Below are positions 39,311 to 51,003 of a stretch of 64,000 nt of DNA, in pieces. Made by a program: the position numbers and the translations under genes. The first letter of the stretch is position 1. Every line of letters begins with the position of its first letter. The notes beneath the pieces were generated by a model that saw nothing but the letters and a program-made list of their open reading frames with translations, was not told the origin of the DNA and made no database searches. The DNA is from Camelus dromedarius (taxonomy: Eukaryota), in NCBI RefSeq assembly GCF_036321535.1, contig NC_087437.1:6758001-6822000 (forward strand). The letters run 5' to 3'.

Positions 39311-39517
39311 CAGTGGTTCTCAACCACTGCCCCTTAGGGACCGTCTGACAATGTTGGGAGACGTTTTTTATTGTCACCAGTTGAGTCCTGGTGCTGTTGT
39401 CGTCATGTGGGCAGGGGCCAGGGATGCTGCAGAGCATGTCACAGGGCTCAGGACAGCCCCTCCCAAGGGAGGAGTTCCAGCCCCAAGCTTCAGTAGTGCC
39501 GAGGGTGAGAAACCCTA
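39311..39517 (+). mobile_element. MER20 (hAT-Charlie MITE) with residual 8-bp TSD
   Basis: cagtggttctcaacc...ggccagggatgctgc...cagtagtgccgagggtgagaaacccta; flanks ccttagac (39303-39310) / ccttaggt (39518-39525). Confidence 0.9.
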
Positions 39518-39764
39518 CCTTAGGTTAACGGTAACCACAGTATGCATCCTAATTTTTTTTTCCTTATGGTTTCATTCTCAATCCATCTATAAATTGTGTC
39601 CTGCACATAATGTCTTGTAGGGACAGTGCTATGGGAGACGGTCAGGAAGGGGCTGCATGCGGACACATGGTCTGCTCACGTGTCCCTACTTGAGGTCTTC
39701 GCACATCACATCTAGAAGGGAAAAAGCCCATGGTTCCAAAAAGTCACCAGCTGTGGAGAGCAGT

Positions 39765-40361
39765 GGCCCTGTGCCACTGATTTACTTATTGCCACTGAGA
39801 CCCAAACCCACCTTTTCTCTGTACTCCACTAGGAGTCTAAGAACTACGTTTCCCAGACTTCCTTGCTGGATAGATTCCCATTAGGTTTCTCTTGTCAGTG
39901 GGAGGCGCTGACCAGAGACTGGAAGGTCTTCCCTCCTGTCCCCAGCAGCAGAGGGCAGCTACTGCTCCAGCCTCCAGCTTTTAAAAACATTTCTAGACCC
40001 AGCCCTGTGGCACCCCTTTAATAGCTACCAACAGGCGCCCTATGGCTGCACCCTCTGTGATAAGAGGACCTCACTCTCCTCAGGGACCTGATTACCAACC
40101 ACGTGACACTCCCACCCCTGAACACTAGTAACACGGGGCCCTTCCTGGTGACTCCTAGTTTCCGGTGAGCACGAATTTCCCCTTTGACTTCCTCAACCAC
40201 AGGAGTAGTAGCTACTTCCTATAGTTATGATTATTTCCAGAACTTCTTTTTGCCCTCTGAGCCTTCGACACCTGTGTCACCAATTGCTTGTATTAAATCC
40301 CCTCCATTTGAGTGTCCTGCAGGGCATCTACTTTCCTGAATGAACCCTGACAGTCATATAC
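39765..40361 (+). mobile_element. ERVL solo LTR (LTR41-like)
   Basis: aactacgtttcccagacttccttgc...gggaggcgctg...; ends tgtattaaatcccctcc...ttcctgaatgaaccctgac. Confidence 0.7.
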
Positions 40362-40409
40362 ACTCGATATTTCAACACAGTCACTCTTTTGGAATTAGGG
40401 ACAAGATGG

Positions 40410-41460
40410 AAACCCCAGTAGGAGGTCATGAAGTTAATTTAAGCAAAGAGGATGGGAGCCTGAGCTAAGCAGGGATGGAGAAAAGTTATTAACCTAAAAA
40501 AATAACAAAATAGTAGAAAATGCAGAACGTGGGGCTGGTTAAACGTAGAGCTTAGGGGTGAGAAGGGTAATTTTGTGGGTGGAGTTAGTAATAGCTCCAA
40601 CCAGGGGTATAAGAGGTTGGAAGAGAAGTTAAAGTCACTGATGCACCCCTGGAAGATTTTCATGTGGCTGTTCTGTGTCAGCTGGAAATGTGGTTTTAGA
40701 GCATAAGAAAAAGAGCCAGACTCTGGACATAAATTTGGAAGCAGTCATCACCCAGGTGTTAGTTGAAGCTTTGGAAATGAGTAAGACTGATTTTAAAAGA
40801 AAGAAAAAAGAAAGACCAGAGAATGGAATGCTGGGTCATTTTTGCCCAATCATTTGGTCAGAAGGAAAAGGAGAAAAAAGGAAAGTAGTTGGAAAAATAA
40901 AGATCAAGGAGGCAGGAGTCGGGCAGAAGAGAATGGAGCCATGGAAAGAAGGTAGAAGAACGTTTATAAAGGAAGCTGTCAACGTTGCCATGTTTAGCGG
41001 AAGGCGAAGGTGGAAGACCCCAACGTGACCTCACAATTGACCACAGTTGTCTTGGGGAAGGGGGTGATTTAGTGGGGTTGTTATGGCTGAAAACTGGGTG
41101 GGTTAAAGAACACGAGGGAAATAGAAAAAGCTAGTGCTGACTAGTTTTCCATCACAATGGAAGGGAAAGTTTGACAGTAAAGGAAAGAAAAGTACGGAGC
41201 AGTGGTTGGAGGTCAATGCAGTGCTGAAAAGAGATGGGAGAGACGTGATCGTGATCGTGTTTATACGCGGAGGTGACAGAACAAGCAGGGAGGGAGGATC
41301 ATGGAAGGAGAAGAAAGGGAAAGGGATCCTGAGAGCACAGGAAGGTAGCTGCTCTGGAAGAAAGGTGTCTTTTATTCTGAGATGAGAAGGAGGAATAAGG
41401 TTGACATAAATACAGATTCATCTAGTAGACAATTGGTCCATGGTAAGAAGGTATGACATG
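40410..41460 (-). mobile_element. LINE-2 fragment
   Basis: cagctggaaatgtgg...ctggacataaatttggaagcagtcatca...gttgaagct, antisense L2. Confidence 0.7.
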
Positions 41461-41554
41461 ATGGAAAGGAATCCAAAGAGCTGCTAACACTCATGATTAA
41501 GGTGGGAAATCTCTCTATTTTTGGGGGGGAAATCTCTAGCGAGGAGGTTGTGGA

Positions 41555-41730
41555 AATACTAGTTCAAAACATGGGTTTTGGAGGATGACAGGCCAGTAAG
41601 TGGTAATGCTGACACTTGCTAGCTGAGTGACCTTGAGTTATTTAAACCCATTTCTAGGCTTCAAGTACTTCATTTTTAAATTCGAGATTATAATTGTGTC
41701 CATGTTATACCATTTTGTGAGATTAAATAA
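41555..41730 (+). mobile_element. MIR SINE
   Basis: cacttgctagctgagtgaccttgag...tgtgagattaaata. Confidence 0.7.
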
Positions 41731-42162
41731 ATTTTTTTTTTTTTTAATTTTGGGGTGGACAAAAACTGGCTAAATAACTGGGCAGTTGGCCCCAAGCCTT
41801 GACTTCTGGGCCAGTGAGGGATACTGAATTCAGTCTGAGATCAAAAAGCAGCCAAGGGTTAGAGGGTTAGGTGGAGGGCTCCCCAGGTAAAGACTCCTCC
41901 CCTTGCCCTGGCATATCGACAGCAAGGACTACAGATTGGTGTAGTGTCCAGAGGACCCTTGACACAGGGGGCCCTTGACCCACTTCGGCCATGGGTTGTA
42001 GAGGTTAGCTGGGTAAAGGACAGGATCCTGGCCACCTGGTTGGAGCCAGACCTCTATCCAGAGGACTGGACTGGGCAACGGGTTTTCTAAATCAAGCCAA
42101 TCCTCTAGTAGTCTGGCAGCTCATAGGTACTCATATTTAATTGGACTTTAAGAAAAGTGAGA

Positions 42163-42445
42163 GAAGGGAGGGCATAGCTCAGGGGTAGAGTGTGTTTCAT
42201 ATGCACAAGGTCCTGGGTTCAATCCCCAGTATTTCCGCTAAAAATAAATAAATGAAAAACCTAATTACCTCCCCTCTCCACCAAAAAAAAAAAAAACAAA
42301 AATAAAAAAAACAACAAAACAAAAACCACAAATCAAACATAAAAGAATAAAGCAAATGCAATCATTAAAATAAACTAAAAAAGAAAGAAAGGAAGAAAAG
42401 AAGAAAGAAAGAAAGGAAGGAAGGAAGGAAGGAAGGAAGGAAAGA
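42163..42445 (+). mobile_element. tRNA-derived camelid-type SINE (vic-1-like), copy 3, with expanded (GAAA)/(GGAA) tail
   Basis: A/B boxes; perfect 13-bp TSD aagaaaagtgaga (42150-42162, 42446-42458). Confidence 0.95.
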
Positions 42446-45400
42446 AAGAAAAGTGAGAACGAAGGTAGACGTGCAGATATATGTATAGACCCGGCCAACT
42501 TGGAAACAGCATCAGGAATCACTGCAATGTGGCTGTAACCCAGGAGACTGGCTGAGACTGACAGCAAAACACTTCTGAGAGCCCCATGGGAGCCCATCAG
42601 TTCTGGTTGGCCCCGTGGATATGCACTGGCACCCAAAATCTAAGCCCAGCTCAGAGATTGCCACTGCTTCTGAGACACATCCCACCCATTTAGATATTGG
42701 CAGCTTGCAACTAGGCAGAGATGGCAATGTCAGCACAGGAGCCTTCCCAATTCCAATGAAAGTGTCAAAGGGAACCCAAGAATCGGGAACTCCTGCATCA
42801 CTGTTGGAAGCTGGAGAGGAACACTTTTCCCCACGCAGAAGCATCAAGGAGGTTTGTGCACATGGGACCCTGTCTGTGAAAGACGTGAGGACTCACTTAC
42901 CTAGAAAGTGGTACAGCCTTGAGAGAAAAACAGTGGATATCTTGAAGGCATTTAATGATACCCTGAAACCTAGGGTCCACGGTGGGAGGGCATGGCAGGT
43001 TGTAGGGCTAGCAGGGAACGTCTCCTTTGCAGGTCCAGAGAACCTAAGGGCAGTCACTGCTTGGGGCCCGGCCCAGCCCTTGTGGCTGCACCATTTGGCT
43101 AGTAGTTGGGCTTTGCAATGGGGGATTCTCCACAAAGGCGAAAGGCTCCTTTTCAACCTGCTTTGTGGTAGCCAAGGGAACAGGGTCCAGTCATTCCAGA
43201 TCGAGGTCCTGGCACATGGCTTTGCCATACGCAGAGAAAGTTACGACCTCGGCTCACGTAACGTCAGAGGAAATTCTCCCATCAGCATGTTTAATCACTG
43301 AATGGGTAGAATGTCATCTAGCATAAGGTCTAAAGGGGGATTAGAACAAAAACCAAGTAAACTGAGACGGGATCCAAGAGAAATCTCTTCACTGTTTTGC
43401 AGAGAATTAACAGGCCAGATAAAATAGTCATCATTCAGGGATGAATAAACAGGCAAAATAAAACCTCATTATGAGGCATATGAAAAATCTTGTAACTTTA
43501 AGAAATGAAAATATAGCACTCGAGAGGCAGAGGAAGAGCATGCTTTTGAAAAAGATTTACTGCAGGAAATGGGAATAAATTTTAAGCAGCATATGCTTTG
43601 TGATCTAAACAACATTCAAGGACCCCATGAAGCAGGAGATGAAAAGGAGAGAAGAAAATATATTGAGGAGAGAAGGAAGCTGGTTAAGAAACCAGAATAT
43701 AGAGTAAGATGAAAGAAGGAAAAATGTTATAAAACTGAGTATGAAATATCAGAACGGAAAATGCATTAGAAGTAATAAAGGGCTTAATTGGCAATGCTTG
43801 TAATGAAATCAGTCATATAGAGGACAAATCTGAAGCACTCTTCCCAAATTAAAAGAAAATTAAAATGAGATAAAAATATTGAGAAAAGAGATGATAGATT
43901 CAGAGGGCAAAGAGTGGAAATCCAACAGGAAGAAACTATAGAGTCCCAAAATACCTGAACAAGTAGAAATACAGCAATGAGTCTACAGTTTATAGAAAAT
44001 AACTTTCTGAACTTAAGAGGTGAGCAATTATTCAAATCAAATGGGTTTGATGAATATTAGGCAACATTAACATAAAGAGACCAGTTCTCATGGAAGTTTG
44101 AAATTTTAGTTTTTCAAAAAGAATCCTGGAAGACAGGAAAAAACCGAAATGAACAAACAAAAACAATAAACAAGTTGCTACAAAGAAAGAAAAGCCAGGA
44201 TCAGAAGTAAATAAAGCAACATCTTCAGAGGCCCAGTTTGGAGGAAGAACTAAGATCTAAGAATGTTAGATCTGGACACATCATCATTCACATTTGAAGT
44301 CAATTAAAAAATCCTTCTCTGATACCAAGTGTCAAAAACTAAATCAATCAAGTTGTCTTCATGAAAAGAAAAATCAGTGTTTTCCAGACAATCATACAAT
44401 GAGTCCAGTTTTTAAAACATCCTGTACAAGGAAGGTAAATTTTTATTAAAAGGAATGGTAGTATGTACTGAAAAGTTTTAATATGGATTCAAATCTATAT
44501 TGTTGCAAATATACTGTAGCTACAACAGCGATTGCAAGCTTCATTATTAACCCTTGAAAGAGAAGATAAGGAATGTAAAAAATAATATTTAGCAAGTAAG
44601 AAGTTGGGTCTAAATCCCCAAGTAGTGGAGAAGACCTTGAGGAAGGAATGGCAGCCTGAGTTAGAGGACAGTGGTAGGCACTGATTCTTTCCCTCCAATG
44701 TGGACACAGAAATAGAGTTGTTTGATTTTTTAAAGGTAAACTTTACATTAAAAGTAGGATTAAATTAAAGGTAACCAAAATTAAAAGTAGGGTATATTTT
44801 ATACTTTTACATCCTAAAAGATAAAAATAAGAGGAAAAAAAAAAGAAAACTTGTGTAATAGCATCAAAGATAAATACCAAAGGAAATAGCAAAGAGCCTG
44901 AAACAAAATGTAAACCAATTTAAGAAAGCACAAACGTGAAATTTATGACACGTGTAATGACTTTATCCTATTAAGTGGCAGAGATTAGGTCATAATCAGC
45001 AATAGTTGTCTATCAATGATATCTAAGAAAGATTAACACAAGAAAATTAAAAGTATATGATTATATTAAAATGTATAAGAAATACTCCCCCTACTAAACA
45101 GTTGGAATTGCAATCATATAAGATGAAGTAGATTTTCAAAAAAAAAATTTAAATGTCTCATAGATAATCTTTGTTTTTTTCAGTGTTGGTAAGAAGATCC
45201 CAAATTAAAATGTATCAGGATTCAACTTCCATGCGCCAAATCACAGAGTATATAATAAGCATACAGCAAAAACTGTTAGAATTAGAAAGAGGAATTGACT
45301 AAAATGAATTGCATAGTAAGAAAATGAAGCATTTTTCTGTTCTTAAGAGTTAAAGTAGACAATTACAAAGAAATAGAGTATCTGATAATATCACCAATTC

Positions 45401-47364
45401 AGTCAGTTTGAAAATACATATGGAAATTTAATAACATCAAATAGAAGATATATTCTCTTTTTAAATATTTGGAAAGCACTTAAATTTTTATATATATTTG
45501 ATCACAAAGAAAACATCAGAATTTTCTAAAAAACAAATCTATATAGACCATATTCTTTGATCAAAATGCAACAAATTAGTATTGAACAAGAGTAATTTAT
45601 TAAAATTTTTCCCAAGTTTTTGAAATTACGAAACAGTATTCTTCTATATAACTCTGGGTCAAACAGGAGAGTAAAAGTGTAATTACAAAATACTTAGAAA
45701 ATTATCATTATAAGCACACAACAAATTCAAATCCATAATTGGGGAAAAAAAAAAACAACAACCCATACTTCTATGTTTAAATAACAAAAGGAACAAATGA
45801 ATTGAGTCATTAACTTGAGAAGCTAAGATGCTTTGTTTTAAAGCATGACTAAGGGGGAAAAAAGAAGAAATTATTACAGATAAAAGCAGAAATTAAAATT
45901 TAGTAAACAAAAAGGGAAAGAACAGAAAAATAAATCCAAATGGTCCTTTTGAAAAAAGCAGACAATAAATAGAACAAAAAGAATAAAATATACAAACCTC
46001 TATTTATTCTAATCAAAGAAAAAATAAGAGATGAGGGAAAAATTAAGGAAAAGAAAGGAGGTGTCATCTTAGACATGAAAATGTTTCAAAATATTGATAT
46101 AATAAATCATTCTTATTCACATCAAATATGAATATTAACTGCTAAAGAAGCAGAAAGCATTCTTAAGAGGAAACCGAAAAAGAAATGTAAATATTTACCT
46201 AGTCAGAGGATTTAAAGAAAAAGTATTTCAGATTTTAAAGAACAAATAATTTTCTGACTTATTAACTCCTCAAGGGCATTAAAATATGTGGGGAAAAAAC
46301 CCAGTTCAAGCACTGGCAAAACTCTAACACCAAAAATTAATAAAACTAACACTAAAGAGAAAATGACAAATTAATCTCACAAATATTTAAATTTAGATGC
46401 CAAAATCTGAAATTCAGCACTGCATTTATCCAGCTGTTTATGAAATAATGAAAACAAACCCCCAGCAGGTTTTCTTTCAAGAATGCACAGATAATTCAAT
46501 ATTATGAATTCATTAATATAATTTTTCACATCAATATGTCACAGAAGAAAAATAAAGTGATTATCCCAAAATATGCCAAAAACTATTTTGGAAAAAAAAA
46601 ATGCAACATCGATTTTTAGTAAATGAAATCTTCTTTCTCAAGTTGGTACAAAGTATTTATCTCAATATATCATACCTAACAATAAAACTCTATAAACATT
46701 CACTGTAAAAGAAGAAAAAAAAATATTAAGATGTTCTTTATTGTACAATTATTTAACATTATTCTGCATTTCTAACCCATAAAATAAAATCTAGCCGAGG
46801 GGAAAAAATGTTTAATTATTCAAGAGGAAGGGGAAAATATTACTATTTTCTGATATTATGACAGTCTATCCTGAAGTCTCAAAACCGGGTGGAGGGGGAA
46901 AGCAGTTAAAAAAACTAATAGCCTTTTGAGAAATTTCTATCTAAGCGATCAATCATAAACCAAATAAACAAAAATCAATCGGTTTTATATATACAAGCAA
47001 TACATAATTAGAAGAGTTGATTTAAGCATCTCACTCATAACGAAATGAATAAATTATCTAGGAATATATTTAATAAGAAATGTTTAAGACCCACAGGAAG
47101 GAAACTACAAAATTCATTATGGATTTAAAAGAAGACGAATAAATGGAGAGAAACACTATACTTTGCTCCAGTTTGTTTACTGAGAACTTGTAAAGCTGTC
47201 AGTTTTGAATGGGGCCCAGAGCAACACAACCTAGTTCCACTCAGGAACACAGATGCAAAACTCCCCAGCAAAACAATACCAAATCATGTCCAGAAGCAAG
47301 CTAAGAGAGTAACACACCTAGAGCAAATAGGGTTTATCCTAAGCATGCATAGATTGCTCAGCTT

Positions 47365-47467
47365 CAGGGCAGAAAACTTGCCTGTTTGTTCTTGTTTGTA
47401 TTCCTGGCATTTATTATAGTTCTTGGCATATAATAGGTGTTCAATAAATATGTGTTGACTGAATGAA
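47365..47467 (+). mobile_element. LINE-2 3' end nested in the L1 relic
   Basis: tgtattcctggcattt...cttggcatataataggtgttcaataaatatgtgttgactgaatgaa. Confidence 0.8.
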
Positions 47468-49110
47468 CATTATGTGATCTTTTATTTTGCTATATTAATG
47501 GATTAAAGGAGAAAATCCACATAATATCTTAATAGATGTCCCCCCCAAAATTTGATAGAATTCAATGTCCACCTTCCTTCAAATGCTGAGGTAGAAATAG
47601 AATGAGCTTCTTTCTCTTGCTAAAGTTTTCTACCAGAAACACACAGCAAGTGTCATACTTGGTAATACAACATTCAGGAGCAAGAAAAGTCAGCTGATGA
47701 TAATCTCAACTTGTCAAAACTTTGCTGGAAGTCTTCGTGAGTCAATGAAGAAAAAAATAAGAATGACGAATTTGGGGGCAGACAAAGTATCAAAACAGTT
47801 ATTGTTCACAGACGAGAGGTCCAAATGATAAGTAAAGAGACTGACTCCAAGATCACCATGTAGATAGCCAATATTTTACAACAACTATAAATGGACTATA
47901 ACCTTTAAAAATTGGGCATCAGTATATTGTACACATGTAACCATATAATATTGTACAGCAACGACACTGAAATAAAAAAATAAGGAAGATCACCAGGTAG
48001 AAAGCTGCTTTTTCCATGTCCTAGCAATAACTAAATAAAACTTTAATAACTCCCTTTCACAATTGTAACAAAATAATTAAGTTTTTAGGAATGAAATAGA
48101 ACTACGCCAAGATGTAGATGAAAAAAAAAACCTTATAAAACTTCATGGAAAACTTGAATAAATGAAGAAATGACCATGTTTCTGGGTTGTAAAGTATCAC
48201 TTCTCCATAACTTTTCTATAAATTCAATTAAATCTCAATCAAAAATCCTATAGCTTTTTTTTTTTTTTTTTGAAAGGAACTCAATAAGCCACACTACCAA
48301 AGTTTGGAAGAGAAAAGAAAAGAAAAGCCAAGATATTTTTTTTTAAAGAGGATTTACCAGTAAGGGACAACTTTCCTTGCCAAGCGTGAAAATAAACTAT
48401 AATTTATAATAACTACAAGAGTGTAATATTAGTCAGGAACTGAGAATCAATCAATAGACCAAAAAGAAAAGGAAATGTGGGGCCTGCCACACCCCAGTCA
48501 CTAAAAGAAAACTCCATATGCATTAAAAAAAAATGGGATGTCTAAAAAAAACGTTTTTAAATATAGAGGACAAACACAGTGTTTACATAACTTTGGCATA
48601 GAGAGGCCTTCATAATAAGCAAGATATAAAATCCAAAAGATATGAAATAACAGATGGACACATTTGCCCACATAAAAATCAAAATCTTCTGTATGATAAA
48701 AAGCAAAATGAAGCTTACAAGCATGTTTAGACTCAAATAAACTGTTCTTTGTTCCATATTAATAGAGGATTCATAATTAGACTCAAGTAGGAGCACCTTT
48801 AAATAGTTAGGGAAGACAAACAACCAATTATTTATATGAGTGAAGGAAAAGAATAAACAGTTCACTGAAAAAGAATTATAATTAGCCCCTAAAGATGTAA
48901 CCTCATTAATAATTGGGGAAAATGTGAGTTCAAATAAGACAGTTTTGCTCCCAGTACATCGACTCGAGTGTTGGTGAAGATCAGGGAACAGGCGTTTTCA
49001 TGTGCTGTTGGTGGGAGTATACACTGGTGGAGCCAGTTTGGCAGTGTCAGAATTTAAAATGCAATGCTTCCCAATTATATTTCTTGGGCTTTCTAGTAGG
49101 AGAAAATATA

Positions 49111-49248
49111 GCAGGGAGGGTACAGCTCGGTGGTAGAACGCATGCCTAGCATGCACAAGGTCCTGGGCTCAACCCCCAGTACCTCCATCAAATAAAAAGA
49201 AAATTAATAAATAAGTAAATAAACCCAATTACCTCCCTGACAAAAAAA
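49111..49248 (+). mobile_element. tRNA-derived camelid-type SINE (vic-1-like), copy 4
   Basis: A/B boxes; perfect 11-bp TSD gagaaaatata (49100-49110, 49249-49259). Confidence 0.95.
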
Positions 49249-49464
49249 GAGAAAATATACAACTATACTTGTATATTGCTTGCGATAGCCAAATATGGGA
49301 CACACTGTATGTATCTGACAATATGAGCCACCTCTAGTACTATATAACCTAATTGGGCAGATAAAAATGAATACTACATGGGCAGAGAAAAGGAACTATG
49401 TAGACCTGTACATATGAACATACAAATCAGGACAGTGTTACCTAAACATAGCCTCCATCCACTT

Positions 49465-49560
49465 TAGGACTTTGTTTTGTTCATCCTGAATCCTCATCAT
49501 CTTAAATGATGCTTGGCATGTAGGTTCGCAGTTAAAAACCTCTCAAATAAATGAGTGTGA
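49465..49560 (+). mobile_element. LINE-2 3' end fragment
   Basis: ggactttgttttgttcatcctgaatcctcatcatcttaaatgatgcttggcatgtagg...aaataaatgagtg. Confidence 0.6.
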
Positions 49561-49729
49561 CAAAAAAGCAAGTGTGTGAACCACTTAAATATAATGATTC
49601 TATTAATATTCAAAACTGAATATGAACCTGTGTTTAAAAGTAGAGAAAAGGGACTGAAAATGCAGCTGCAAACATTTTTAGTGCTGACTTCTAGGCGTCG
49701 AGTTCAGGAGTTGTTGGTGAATGAGGGCA

Positions 49730-50268
49730 TCTCAGTTACCCTTTCTGCGTAACCAACCGCTCACATTCAGGGACATAAAACAATAGCGATTCTTATCATT
49801 CTCTCTGATTCTATGGATCACAGATTTAGATAGAACACAACAGAGATCGGTTGTGTCCGTGCGGTGATATTTGAAGCCTCAGCTGGGCAGACTGAAAGGG
49901 CTGAGAGTATTTCAGAGCACTGGGCTGCATGGTCTGGAGATTCTCACTCAAGTGTCGGTGCCCAGGTTTGGGTTGCTAAAGGATGCTCAGCTGGGACTGT
50001 AGACTGAAGTGACTTCTGCGCAGCATGGTGGCTTCAGGATAGTCAGACTTCTTATGTGGTGACTCTGGACTCCAAGAACAAATACTCCAATGAACAAAGT
50101 GAAGGTGTAAGACCTATTAAGGCACACAGCATCACTTTGCAGGCACACAGCATCACTTCTGCTGCGTTCTGTTGGTTGACGCATTCACAGTAGAATTTAA
50201 GGATACAGGCCCCACCTCTCAATGGGAAGAGTTGTAAAGAATTTGTGGTCTTACTGTAAAATCACCAG
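49730..50268 (-). mobile_element. MaLR solo LTR (MLT1F/G/H-like)
   Basis: cagttaccctttctgcgtaac...gcctcagctggg...cagcatggtggcttcaggatagtcagacttctta...aagaatttgtggtc. Confidence 0.8.
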
Positions 50269-50349
50269 AGAGGGAAAATGTTTATTTCTTGTTCATATTT
50301 TGTTCAAATAGTAATCTTTTTTGATTTGAGAATGTATTCATGACACTAA

Positions 50350-50598
50350 AGGAGGTAGTTTTAAACACAGAATCTGGAGCAGGAACACCCTAGTTCAAAT
50401 CCTGGCTCTCCCATTTAATAGCTGACTGACCTTACAAACACTTTGCCTCTCTGTGCCTTGGTTTCTTTCTACGTGAAATTAGAAGTAATTACAACCACTG
50501 GTGGCTTCATGAGTATTGTGAAGATTTTGTGCATCACTACATAATAAAAGTCCCTAGAACAAAGTCAGGTATATTGTATTAACCATAACTATTACTCG
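50350..50598 (+). mobile_element. MIR SINE
   Basis: gttcaaatcctggctctcccatttaatagctgactgacctt...cctctctgtgccttggtttc. Confidence 0.8.
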
Positions 50599-50719
50599 TG
50601 TTTAAAATTTTTTAAATGGAGCCTGCATGAGAATTGGTCTTTTAAAAATTCATCAATAATATGAAATAAGGCTTCATATTAATTAGACCCTTAACCCTCA
50701 GCTAAACTTAAACTCTTCT

Positions 50720-51003
50720 GTACTTGCTGTGTAAGAAATCCTCCAAAACCATGGTCTGAGCTTCCTCACAACGTGACCGCCTCACGCTTCTTATGTAACA
50801 GCTCAGGACTCCAGAGATGACTGTCTCAAATTAAGGGGGTGGACACTGAGTGGCCTTCTACCTTGGCCTAGCCTCTGAGGCCAACAATCTCTTCTGCCAT
50901 TCTCTAGTGGCCAGCCGAGCTCTCAGGTTGTTCCAGATTCAAGTGGAATATTCACTTTAGGAAGCATGTCAAAAAATTTGAAGACATGTTTTTAAATGTC
51001 CAT
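50720..51003 (-). mobile_element. MaLR LTR fragment (MLT1F/H-like)
   Basis: tgagcttcctcacaacgtgaccgcctc...cttctgccattctctagtgg...ccagattcaag. Confidence 0.65.

Larger units (their letters stand above)
43320..49700 (+). mobile_element. Long ancient LINE-1 (L1ME-like) relic, ORF1 to ORF2 to 3'UTR, composite and heavily decayed
   Basis: About 6.4 kb of strongly A-rich sequence with L1 landmarks in order (gaccatattctttgatcaaaatgcaa; tagatgccaaaatc; caaaaatcaatcgg; tgttggtgggagtatacactgg); no ORFs left. Confidence 0.8.

Noticed and set aside
42265..42636. 123-aa hydrophobic (Phe/Leu/Ser-rich) ORF resembling a membrane protein
   Set aside because: Produced by the antisense of the SINE's A/GAAA/GGAA tail.
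1671..49248. tRNA genes at 1671, 1844, 42163 and 49111
   Set aside because: They have A/B boxes but are diverged, carry A-rich tails and target-site duplications: SINEs, not tRNAs.
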